50,183 bases of DNA, from assembly GCF_004010195.1 (NCBI RefSeq), contig NC_057749.1, forward strand, positions 14,950,088 through 15,000,270, read 5' to 3'. The notes below the pieces were generated by a model. It searched no databases, was not told the DNA's origin, and saw only the letters and a program-made list of their open reading frames with translations. Position 1 is the first letter of the stretch, and every line of letters begins with the position of its first letter. This stretch comes from Chiloscyllium plagiosum. Taxonomy: Eukaryota. Shown here piece by piece: positions 11,791 through 22,268 of this stretch. Position numbers and translations under genes: made by a program.

Positions 11791-12782
11791 ACATGATCGT
11801 TACTAGAAACCAGGTGCTTTTCCATAAATCCCTTTTCAGAGAAGTCCAGTTCTTAAAACTAAACATCAGCCCAGGATAAGAAGTTCTTTTACTTCCAAAA
11901 GCGCATGAGTTATCACAATTTTATTTGTAGACACTTTGTGCACTTTTGCTGTTGAAGATGTAATGTACATTGCTCTCCCCCATAGCTGTGCAATTTCAAG
12001 CATTTATTCAACTCCCTTTTGGAAGTTCCACCCCACAGTGTATTCTTTTGCCATTTTTTGGTCTCTCGTTGGCATCAATCAAGCGATGGAGAGGGTCATG
12101 CTTGGGCACAGGTCTGTCCAAGAGCTAACAGTCTGATGACACCCGCCCTCAAAGGCCTGTCCAGCAACAGATCTAATAATCCTCGTCATCAGCAGCGAGT
12201 CAGCACCTTCTCAATGGGGACAAGGGAGAGACATCAGCCATCCTTGCAAACAGGCCCGAGACAGCTCTGCGATCAGTATGCAACTCAATGTCACTCCGTC
12301 TGAAATTGATCTCAGGATGAGGAACGGATGTGCAACAAACCCAAACAAATCAGAATAAGAACCTATTGCGGCATCAAGGAGACAATATTAAAAAGACAGC
12401 TGTAAATGTTTGATCTTCTCTGTGGGAAGAGATTAAAAATCAAAATCCTTTTCTAACAGAGAAAAGAGAGACAACAACTGAACTGGCAATCAATCTTCAG
12501 GCATCGTCTCTGGCCTCTCATCTGTCAGGCTGTCTGTGAGGCAGTTAAATATTTCTGAAAAATCTTTGGCGCTCCATCACTCATGTGAGAGAACAGAAGG
12601 AGCTATCGGAACGACCAGGGTCAATCAATATGTGCGTTTCAGCTCTCAGTCCCTCTCATTTCCCTGGACTGATTGCATCGATTGGTGACTTGTGCATATG
12701 CGATTAAAACAAAGAGTTTTGATTTAATAAAAGAGGGACATTCATCCTGCTTGGTGCCAGCCTTTCACTGAGTCTCAAACCT

Positions 12783-13210
12783 GGGCAGGAGGAAGTCATT
12801 CTGCCCCTTGAGTCTATTCTGTCATTCAATAAGATCATAGCTGACCTTTTTGTGTTTTGAATTCTACATTCCCATCTAAACTTCATAACTTTTGATTCTC
12901 TTGCCTATTGTAACCTCTGCCTTAAAAAATTCATCAACCACATCTCCAGCGCAACCCTCCAAGAGAAAAATGTTCTCCCTATCTCTCTCTTAAGTGGGTG
13001 ACCCTTGATTTTAAAATGGTGCTCCCTAGTCCTGGACTCTCCCACAAGGTGAAACTTTTTTTCCATGCTCACCTTCTCAACACCGTTCAGGATCTTAGAC
13101 ACTTCAGTGAGTTCACCAGTCACCCTCTTAAACCCCTATGGAGACTTGAGGAACCTTTTCTGATCAGACAACCTGCCCTTCCCCAGGTGACAATCTGGTG
13201 AACTACCGCT
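12783..13210 (-). mobile_element. Old CR1 3' fragment
   Basis: GELTEVSKILNGVEKV...GESRTREHHFKIKG remnant. Confidence 0.75.
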
Positions 13211-13559
13211 GAAGCATCACCTTGGTAACGGCACTCAGCCTGTTTGATTCAGCAAGATAGGTGACATACATTCGCTGGCCCTAACTAATCACAGTTAACC
13301 TGCTTTAGTTTAAAACATAAACAAATTCTGGCTGTTCGCTGTCAATCAGCACTAACTAGTACATTCTCCATTGCAATGACTCTGCCCTTCATAGTTCATT
13401 TGCCAAGACATCAGCACTCACCTCTCGCTGTATAAATTGGTTTGCCCCTTGCACTGGTATTCTTGCAACAGGCCCTGATAAGTGCAAGAAGTTTTGACAA
13501 AATGTATATTTTTTCAGGAATGTTATTTTTATATGTTTTTTATATCAATTCTTTGGTAA

Positions 13560-14200
13560 AGAGTAAGTAACACATTTGTTCATTTTATCTGCCATTTCTT
13601 TATTATCTCCCATCAACCCATTCTTACTGTCTGGAGAATTAACACTCACTTCACTTGTTTCCTTTTTAAACTACTCTTGCTGTCCAATTTTACAAACCAA
13701 GCTAACTTTCTGTCACTGTAAATACTTTCTCCTGACTAATCTCTGTTGTTCTTCATATTCTGTCAATACAAAGGTAGGTATTTTGTCTACCTTTTCCTTC
13801 AGTATAATGCTTTCATTAATTTGTTTCTAGTTATCACTGATATTTGGGTCCTCCATTTAGAATCTTACTTCATATTAGGAATGTACTTATTCTGAGTACT
13901 CTGAAACATCCTCTGAAATGTCTGCCACTGCGTCTCTATTGATCTATGCCCCAGCTGAGTATCCTGGTTCACTGCAGCTAGCTCAGCTTCAGGCCCGTAA
14001 AGTTTGCCCTTATTTAAATTTAAAACACTAAGTTTAAACTCATTCTTCTCCCTTTCAAAGTGGATGCAAAATTCAATCATACTGTGATTGCTGATACCTA
14101 GGGGTACCTTTACTCTGGTCATTAATTAATCCTCTCACATTACACAATACCAAGTTGAAAATAACCTGCAGTATAGTCAGTTCCTGGTCTAAGAATTGTC
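13560..14200 (-). mobile_element. Old CR1 ORF2 fragment (EN/linker region)
   Basis: VKVPLGISNHSMIEF...LNLNKG...QWQTFQ...QNKYIP, compare CR1 PLGxSDHxMIEF. Confidence 0.75.
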
Positions 14201-15073
14201 TCGAAAGCATTCACTGAACTCCGTGGCCAGGCAAATATTGGCTACTAATTTTTCCAGTCTGTATGAATATTAACATCCTGCCTGCTTTTTTTTAATTCGC
14301 TCGTGAGACATGGGTGTTGCTGGCTGGATCCGCATTTATTACCCATCCCTAGTTGCCCCTTGAGAAGGTGGGGGTGAGCTGCCTTCTTGAACCGCTGCAG
14401 TCCATGTGCTGTGGGTTGACCCACCACGCCATCAGGGAGGGAATTCCAAGATTTTGACCCAGTGACACTGAAGGAAAAGTGGTATATTTCCAAGTCAGGA
14501 TGGTGAGTGGCTTGGAGTGGAACTTGCAGGGGGTGGTATTCCCATGAACCTGCTGCCCTTGTCCTTCCAAGTGATTGGAAGGTGCTGTCTGATGATATTT
14601 GGTGAATTTCTGCAGTGCATCTTGTAGATGGTACACACGCTGCTACTGAGCGTCGATGGTGGAGGGAGTGGATGTTTGTGGATGTGATGAAATCAAGGGG
14701 TTGCTTTCTGCTGGATAGTGTTGAGTTTCTTGAGTGTTGTTGGAGCTACACCCATCCAGGCATGTGGGGAGTATTCCATCACACTCCTGTCTTATGCCTC
14801 ATAGATGGTGGACAGGCTTTCGAGAGTCAGGTGGTGAGTTACTCACTGCAGTATTCCAAGCCTCTGACCTGCTTTTATAGTCAAAGTATTTATGTGGTGA
14901 GTCCAGTTGAGTTTCTGGTTAATGATAATCCACAGGATGTTGATAGTGGGCAATTTAATGATGGTGCCACCAATGAATGTCATGGGGTAGTGATTAGATT
15001 GTCCCTCATTAAAGATGAGCATTGTGGCACAAATGTTACTTGCTACATGTCAGCCAAGCCTGGATATTGTCCA

Positions 15074-15272
15074 AAGTTAAAACTCGCACAACACCAGGTT
15101 ATAGTCCAACAGGTTTAATTGGAAGCACTAGCTTTCGGAGCGACGCTCCTTCATCAGGTGACAACCACGCTCCAAAAGCTAGTGCTTCCAATTAAACCTG
15201 TTAGACTATAACCTGGTGTTGTGCGAGTTTTAACTTTGTCCACCCCAGTCCAACACCGGCATCTCCGAATCA
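15074..15272. mobile_element. Fold-back Penelope-end insertion with 13-bp TSD
   Basis: Inverted arms AAAGTTAAAACTCGCACAACACCAGG.../...CCTGGTGTTGTGCGAGTTTTAACTTT; TGGATATTGTCCA at 15061-15073 and 15273-15285. Confidence 0.85.
15126..15160 (-). ncRNA. Minimal type-I hammerhead ribozyme motif
   Basis: CAC-CUGAUGA-A-GGAGC(GUC)GCUCC-GAAA-GC-UA-GUG: intact core, 5-bp stem II, 3-bp stem I, palindromic AGCU in place of stem III. Confidence 0.75.
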
Positions 15273-16142
15273 TGGATATTGTCCAGACCTTGCTGCATTT
15301 GGACACGGAATGCTTCAGTATCTGAGGAGTTGTTGAATGGTGCTGAACACTGTGCAATCATTGGCAAACATCCCCACTTCTGACCTTACCATGGAGGGAA
15401 GGCCATTGTTGAAGCAGCTGAAGATGATTGGGCAGGGGCACTACCCTGAGGAACTCCTTCAGAGATGTCCTGGAGCTGAGATGACTGATCTCCAACAACA
15501 TGACCATCTTCCTATGTGTCAGGTATGACTGAGAGTTTTCCCTGAAACCCAATGATTGTAGCTTTGACAGGGCTCCTTGATGCCAGACTCGGGCGAATGC
15601 AGCCTTGATGTCAAGGGCTGTCCCTTTCCCCTCCCCTCTGGAGTTCAGCTCCTTTGTCTATGTTTGAACCAAGGCTGTAATGAGGTCAGGAGCTGTGTGG
15701 TCCTGGTGAAACCCAAACTGGACGTCACTGAGCAGCTTATTGCTGAGTAGGTGCTGCTTGATAGCCCTGTAGATGACCCCTTCCATCAGTTTACTGATGA
15801 TCCAGAGGGGACTGGATGGGGCGGTTATTGGCCAGGTTGGAATTGTCCTGCTTTTTATGCACAGGACATACCTGGGCAGTTTTCAACATTGTTGGATAGA
15901 TGCCAGGGTTGTAACTACACTGGCACAGCCTGGCGAGGAGAGCGGCAAGTTCTGGAGCACAAGTCAACTATTGCTGGAATGTTGTCAGGGCCCGTGGCTT
16001 TTACAGCATCCAGTGTCTCCAACTGTTTCTTGATATCACGTTGCTTGATATCTTGATATTGGTTGAAGACTGGTGCACTGGAGGAGGCTGTGATGGATCA
16101 TCCAATCAGCACTTTTGGATGAAGCTTACTGTGAATGCTTCA

Positions 16143-16720
16143 ATGAGGAGAAAGTGAGGACTGCAGATGCTGGAGATCAGAGCTGAAAATGTGTTGCTGG
16201 AAAAGCGCAGCAGGTCAGGCAGCATCCAAGGAGCAGGAGAATCAATGTTTTGGGCATAAGCCCTTCTTCAGGAATGAGGAGGGTATGCCAAGCAGGCTAA
16301 GATCCTGCAGGTCCTTGGTGGAGTGGGAGAGGAAGTTAAAATGTTCAGCCACGGGACTCCTCCATCACCAGACCATGGCAACACGGCGCCTGGAGGAAGA
16401 GCGCCTCATCTTCCGCCTAGGAACCCTCCAACCGCAAGGGATGAAAGCAGATTTCTCCAGCTTCCTCATTTCCCCTCCCCCCACCTTATCTCAGTCCCAA
16501 CCCTCGGACTCAGCACCGCCTTCTTGACCTGCAATCTTCTTCCCGACCTCTCCCCCCCCACCCCCTCTCCGCCTATCACCCTCACCTTAACCTCCTTCCA
16601 CCTATCGCATTCCCAACGCCCCTCCCCCAAGTCCCTCCTCCCTACCTTTTAACTTAGCCTGCTGGGCACACCCTCCTCATTCCTGAAGAAGGGCTTATGC
16701 CCGAAACGTCGATTCTCCTT
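16143..16720 (+). mobile_element. Penelope-like retroelement 3' fragment (GIY-YIG C-terminus) with inverted pseudo-LTR
   Basis: RRLEEERLIFRLGTLQPQGM motif; 16243-16302 is the reverse complement of 16653-16715. Confidence 0.85.
16679..16714 (+). ncRNA. Minimal type-I hammerhead ribozyme motif (GUC triplet)
   Basis: CUGAAGA-A-GGGC(UUAU)GCCC-GAAA-CG-UC with palindromic ACGU; stem I is short and imperfect. Confidence 0.7.
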
Positions 16721-16894
16721 ACCTTTAACCTTACCTTTTGCCCTGAGGTGTTGGGCTCCTCAATTATTGAGCTTAAGGATATTTGTACAGCCTCCTCCTC
16801 CAGTGAGTTGTTTAATCGTTCACCACCATTCATGGCTGGATGCGACAGGACTGCAGAGTTTAGATCTGATCCGTTGGTTGTGAAATCACTTACG

Positions 16895-17432
16895 TGAGGC
16901 AAAAGTAGGTACTGCAGATGTTGGAGATTAGAGTCAAGATTAGAGTGGTGCTGGAAAAGCACAGCAGGTCAGGCAACATCCGAGGAGCAGGAAAATCAGC
17001 AAAAGCCCTTCATCAGGAATGAGGCTGGAAGCCTCGGGGATGGAGAGATAAATGGGAGGTGGGTGGGGCTGTGGGGAAGATAGCTGAAAGTGCAATAGGT
17101 GGATGGAGGTGGGGGTGAAGGTGGAGCAGATAGGTGGGAAGGAAGATTGACAGGTGGGACAGGTCATGAGGATGGTGCTGAGCTGGAAGGTTGGAACTGG
17201 GGTAAGGTGGGGTGAGGGGAAATGAGGAAACTGGTCAAGTCCACATTGATGCCCTGGGATTGAAGGGTTCCGAGGCAGAAGATGAGGCGTTCTTCCTCCA
17301 GGCATCGGGTGGTGAGAGAGTGGCGATGAAGGAGGCCCAAGACCTGCATGTCCTCAACAGAGTTGGAGTGACTTGAAATGTTCGGCCACGGGGCGGTGTA
17401 GTTGATTGATGCGGTGTCCCGGAGATGTTCTC
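16895..17432 (-). mobile_element. Second Penelope-like 3' fragment
   Basis: RCLEEERLIFCLGTLQSQGINVD motif; hammerhead remnant CCTGATGAAGGGCTTTTGC with the downstream half deleted (about 16999-17017). Confidence 0.85.
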
Positions 17433-18190
17433 TTAGCTCTGTCTATCACTCGCTGTTTATGCTGTTAGGCATGTAAGTAGTCCTGTTTGGTCACTTCATC
17501 TTCAGATAATCCTGGTGCTGCTCCTGGCATGCCCTCCTGCCCTCTCCATTGAACCAGGGTTGATGGTAATAACTGAGTGGGGGAATATGCTGGGCTGTGA
17601 GGTTACAGATTGTGCTGGAGTACAATTTTGCTGCTGTTGATGGCCAACAACCCCTATGGATGCCCAGTCTGTTAGGTCTTGCTGGATCTGTTTGAAATCT
17701 GTCCCATTTAGCACAGTGATAGTGCCACATAACACAATGGAAGGTATTTTCAAGTGAAGGCAAGAGTTCACCTCCACAACGACTGTGCGGTGGTCACTCT
17801 TACTGATACTGTCATGGACAGATGCATCTACAGCTGGCTTACAGGTTGGTAAGGAAGAGGTCAAGTATGTTTTTCCCTCTTGTTGATTCCCTCACCACCT
17901 GCCGCAGACCCAGTCTAGCAGCTATATCCTTGAGGACCCGATCAGTTCAATCAGTAATGCTGCTGTTGAGCCACGCTTGGTGGTGGACATTGAAATCCCC
18001 CACCCAGAGGACATTCTGTGCCCATGCCACCCTCAGTGCTTCCTCTAAGTGTTGGTCAACATTGAGAAGTAATGATTCATCATCTGAGAGAAAGATATTA
18101 CGTGGTAATCAGAGAAGGTTTCCTTGCCCATGTTTAAACCTGTAGCCATGAGACTTCATGGGGTCCTGGGTCAATGCTGAGGACTCCCAG

Positions 18191-18600
18191 GATGTTGAGG
18201 TGCTGGTGTTGGACTGGGGTGGGCAAAGTTAAAAATCACACAACACCACGTTATAGTCCAACAGGTTTATTTGGAAGCACTAGCTTTCGGAGCGCTGCTC
18301 CTTCATCAGGTGGTTATGGAGACTAAGACCATAAGACACAAAATTTATAGCAAAAGATTACAGTGTCATGCAACTGAAATGATATATTGAACAAACCTGG
18401 ATTGTTGTTAAGTCTTTCATCTTTTGGAATGGGTTGCAGGTTTTGATTCATTAATATGTATATCCCAGAAATTCTTTTAAGTCGCCTTCTCAAAACAACT
18501 TAAGGTTTTATAACAAAACATCTTTTGCCACAAAACCTTAAGTTATCTCCAGATGGTTACTTAAAAGAAGTTCTGGGATTTACATATTAATGAACCAAAA
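18191..18600 (-). mobile_element. Penelope-end element with intact hammerhead (18278-18312) and internal fold-back
   Basis: Reverse complement CACCTGATGAAGGAGCAGCGCTCCGAAAGCTAGTG; 18441-18600 is an imperfect palindrome. Confidence 0.8.
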
Positions 18601-19899
18601 TGAGAGAGCAGCCTGATGGGCTGGTAAGAGTATAGTGACTTTGCCTTTAGTGAACAAGATAGGCCTTTACAATCAATTTACAGTTACCATCAATGACTCT
18701 AGTTTTTCCATCCCAGACACCAATCTGAGCATCTGACGTTCTAGACCAGTTTCATGACTAGACTGCCACCATCCCTCCTTTACAAGAGTATAAAGCACAG
18801 GCATAGAGCAGTTGGGCTGAATGGCTGTTTCTGTGCTGGATATTCTGTGTAAAAATCAATTTATTAAGAAATGAAACAGATGTGGTAAACTTTTGTATCA
18901 AAACGTCACTCAAACTAAATTCCAAATGACAGGGAAACAGATAGAGTTGTAGAGAGACAACACAGCTCCAGATGTATTCACACCATCGGAGACACACGTA
19001 GAGAGAGAAAAACACAGGCATTCTTTTATTAACAGGGGCTCATTTTGGTGAAATTACCATTTCTGAATTGTAAACAGATGTGTTTGCTTAAAAGAGGAGA
19101 GAAAGGAATCTTCCTTCTGGGATTTTGTATAGTAACATTTTAAATGGTCCAACACCAGTGTCACTGACAAATGGAGACATTACGTTACACACAGGGAGGC
19201 AACAGTCCTGAATCTAACTGTCAGTGCTACACGTTCCTAATGTAATTGGTCAGATTACATTTCCATATTTACTTTGTCCATTGAGGGATGTATTTTTCTC
19301 CGTAAATCAGTTCAAATCTAACTGAATTTGCCACCGCGCAGAATGCCCTACAACTGGCCTTGAAGCTAGTGGAGCCCAGATTTACCATAACAATGTCAGA
19401 TCTGAAAGGGATGTATTACAGCAGTGTCCATACCTGTCGAGGCTTGTGTTCCCTTGGATAAAGAAGATTAGGAGGAAATGGAAAATTGACAAGTGCAACA
19501 TCTGCATTGTCTCAGATTTCATCAATGTTTCCATTATCGAGACTTTCCATTGAGATGGTTTAATTGAGGTGTTTAAGATGATTAACGGATTTGAAGGATA
19601 GAGAGAGAGACAGTTTATTTCCACAGGCAGGGAGAATGTATAACAAGGCAGAGAGCCTTACTATCAGAGATAGGCTGTTCATGAAAATGCACATTCTCAA
19701 ACAAAGAAGAGGGAAATCTGGAAATCTGCACCATCCCCCTACCCCCACCCCCTACCCTCCTCCCCTCCCCCCAATATAAAGCTATTGAAGCTCTACTCAA
19801 TTAAAAATCTGAAAAGAAAACTTGAATGACCTTCGTTTACCAGAGGATGAAGGATTTCAGAACTCAGAGAGAGAATTTGATCTTACTAATTGTGATCTT

Positions 19900-20065
19900 G
19901 CTTTGTATGCCTCCTGTGCAGTTGTAATGCGGTATTCCTCACACTATCTAAGCACCCTATGATCTGTATGTCCTTATTTGCTATGATCTGCCTGTACTGC
20001 TCACAAAACTAAGCCTTTCCCTGTATTTAGGTACACATGACAACAATAAATCAAACCAAATCAAA
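19900..20065 (+). mobile_element. Rex/Babar-type LINE 3' UTR remnant
   Basis: GGTACACATGACAACAATAAATCAAACCAAATCAAA tail, as at 575-610. Confidence 0.6.
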
Positions 20066-20312
20066 CATTGTAGCTGTACTCGCATCCACCATTTTCTCTG
20101 GAAGTTCATTCCACACACGAACCACTTACTGTGTAAAAAAAAATTGCCCCTCATGCTTTTTAAAAAATCCTTCTCCTTTCATCTTAAAAGTATGCCCCTT
20201 GTCTTGAAATCTTCCCCCATAGGGAAAAGAGACTGCCATTCACCTTATGTGTACTTCTCACGATTTTATAAACCTCTGTAAGGTTCCTCAACCTCCAACG
20301 CACCAGTGAAGA
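20066..20312 (-). mobile_element. CR1 3' fragment
   Basis: Similar to 7550-7800 (TTCATTCCACA...TTGCCCCTC...TTGAAAT...AGGGAAAAGA). Confidence 0.7.
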
Positions 20313-20959
20313 AGAGATCAGGATAAAGGCAAGATGGTGGGGGTGGTGACTGGGTCAGAGGTGAGATGGGCAGCAGCAGAGAGGGGGATGGGTTGGGTAC
20401 AGGGTATCAGGTAGAGTGGGTGGTCCATAGGGAGTGGGTGATGTTGGATAGAGAATGGGGAATGGTTGCGAAGGGCTGGGGTGAGGGGATCAGGTTGGGG
20501 TGTGAGGGAGCTCCACAGCCAATGGTCTGTGAAAAAATGAGTCAAAGTGGGCAATGTGACAACTGAGACCTTCATAATGTAGGACAATGCCAAGGGAGGT
20601 TTGAGAAAGTCAATCACCTTCCAAACCTTTCATTTTCATTATTTTCTTGCAATGAGGAGAAAAGAGAACAGTTTCTTTTTCTGATCTCAATTTAGGAATT
20701 GACAATGAAACTGATCGCCCCCCTCACACAAGACCAATTCAGATGATGTCCCAGGGTAAACATCTGAGTGACGGCTTTAAGGGGACAGGCCAGACTGACA
20801 GCACATTACAATTATATGGAGCAATGCTGGGGAGATATGGCAAGAGTATGGACCAGATTTTGACACATGCTGATTTGACCTCACTGTCACAGATGTGAAT
20901 TCTGGGCTCACTTATTTATTAAATGCTTCCCTTGACTTAACCTCAGGATGAGATTGTTG

Positions 20960-21122
20960 GCCTGAAAAGGCATCTGGATAGGTACATGATTAGGAAAGGT
21001 TTAGAGGGATATGGGCCAGTTGCTGGAAAATGGGACTAGATTAGGTTGGAATATCTGGCATGGACATATTGGATCGAAGGGTCTGTGTCCGTGCTGTACA
21101 TCTCTATGATTCTATGATTCTA
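20960..21122 (+). mobile_element. CR1 3' tail
   Basis: GAAGGGTCTGTGTCCGTGCTGTACATCTCTATGATTCTATGATTCTA. Confidence 0.7.
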
Positions 21123-21934
21123 ACAGGACACAATGTCTCCAGCAGATTTAGAGGTACAGGTCAGTTCATACAGCCTCAGTGGCAGAATAATACATGGTGT
21201 GTTGCATAAAGTGATACCCCGACCCACAATGCACTGCTTCTCATCGAATTTACTGAGTTGTTCATGATGTGGGAGAATCACTTGCAGAATCACATAACTC
21301 ATTGTACCTGCATTGGCTTTTCAACTGCACACCTTTCTTCTACATTTTCCCTCGTACACCTGCACGTTATATTCATCCAAATAATCATTCCACAGGGAAA
21401 TTTTTGGAATCCATAAAAATGCAAAACAAAACACTGCAAAAAATCAGTTCTGAAGAAAAGTAATATTGGACTTGATATGTTCACTCTGTTTCATCTCTTC
21501 ACAGATGCTGCCAGACCTGCTGGGTTTCTGTTTTTATGCTCGCACAGACCAGTTCTGGGGCTGACTAAAGACAAATGAACTGCTACAGGCTTGCAGGGTT
21601 TCAAACCCACCTCACACTCAGCAACAACTTCAAACACACAAATTCCATTCCCCTGGAGAGGTGCCGAGTTTGCTGAGGCAGAATATGGTCACTGTGCAGA
21701 CCTGCATTAATGAAAAGCCTGCACATTCTCCAACTCAAATGGAGGTGTCGTTACGTGGAATGTCAGATATTTGATGGAAGTTGTCTGATTGGGTGTGACC
21801 TGGACTGGACTGGGCTGAGGAGGAGCAAGATCTGAGTGACCAGGCTAGAAATGTTACTCTGTAAACTTGTGATTACGTTGACTTGGTGGTTTCAAGCACC
21901 TTCTTCATTCCAGCACAGTGATAAAATTAGCTTG

Positions 21935-22268
21935 TGGTGGCACGGTGGCTCAGTGGTTAGCACTGCTGCCCCACAGCACCAGGGACCTGGGTTCAATTCC
22001 AACCTTGGGTGACTGTCTGTGTGGAGTTTGCGCATTCTCCCCGTGTCTGCGTGGGTTTCTTCTGGGTCCTTCCACAGTCCAAAGATGTGCAGGTTAGATG
22101 GATTGGCCATAGGAAATTGCCTGTAGTGTTCAGGGTGGTGGGCTAGGTGGATTAGCCATGGGAAAATTGGGGTTAAAAAGGTAGGGGCCGTAGGTCTGGG
22201 TTCGGATGCTCTTCAGAGGGTCAGTGTGGGCTGAATGGCCTGTTTCCACACTGGAGGGATCCTACGAG
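21935..22268 (+). mobile_element. HE1-like V-SINE, near full length
   Basis: GGCACGGTGGCTCAGTGGTTAGCACTGCT...GGTTCAATTCC head and V-domain. Confidence 0.88.

Larger units (their letters stand above)
14283..18190 (-). mobile_element. CR1/L2-group LINE, degenerate, split by three Penelope insertions (15074-15272, 16143-16720, 16895-17432)
   Basis: SDHRTVVVE and HCVMWHYHCAKWDRFQTD remnants; 3' end ...QRFKKAAHPHLLKG then A-rich tail at 14286-14295. Other copies at 30125-30380(-), 35097-35330(-), 42360-42795(+), 46328-47040(-). Confidence 0.75.

Noticed and set aside
9097..11917. Solo LTR (TG...CA) split by the CR1
   Set aside because: No TSD, PBS or second copy visible; cannot support.
21935..22010. 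tRNA gene
   Set aside because: A/B boxes belong to SINE heads that continue into V-domain sequence; no complete cloverleaf.
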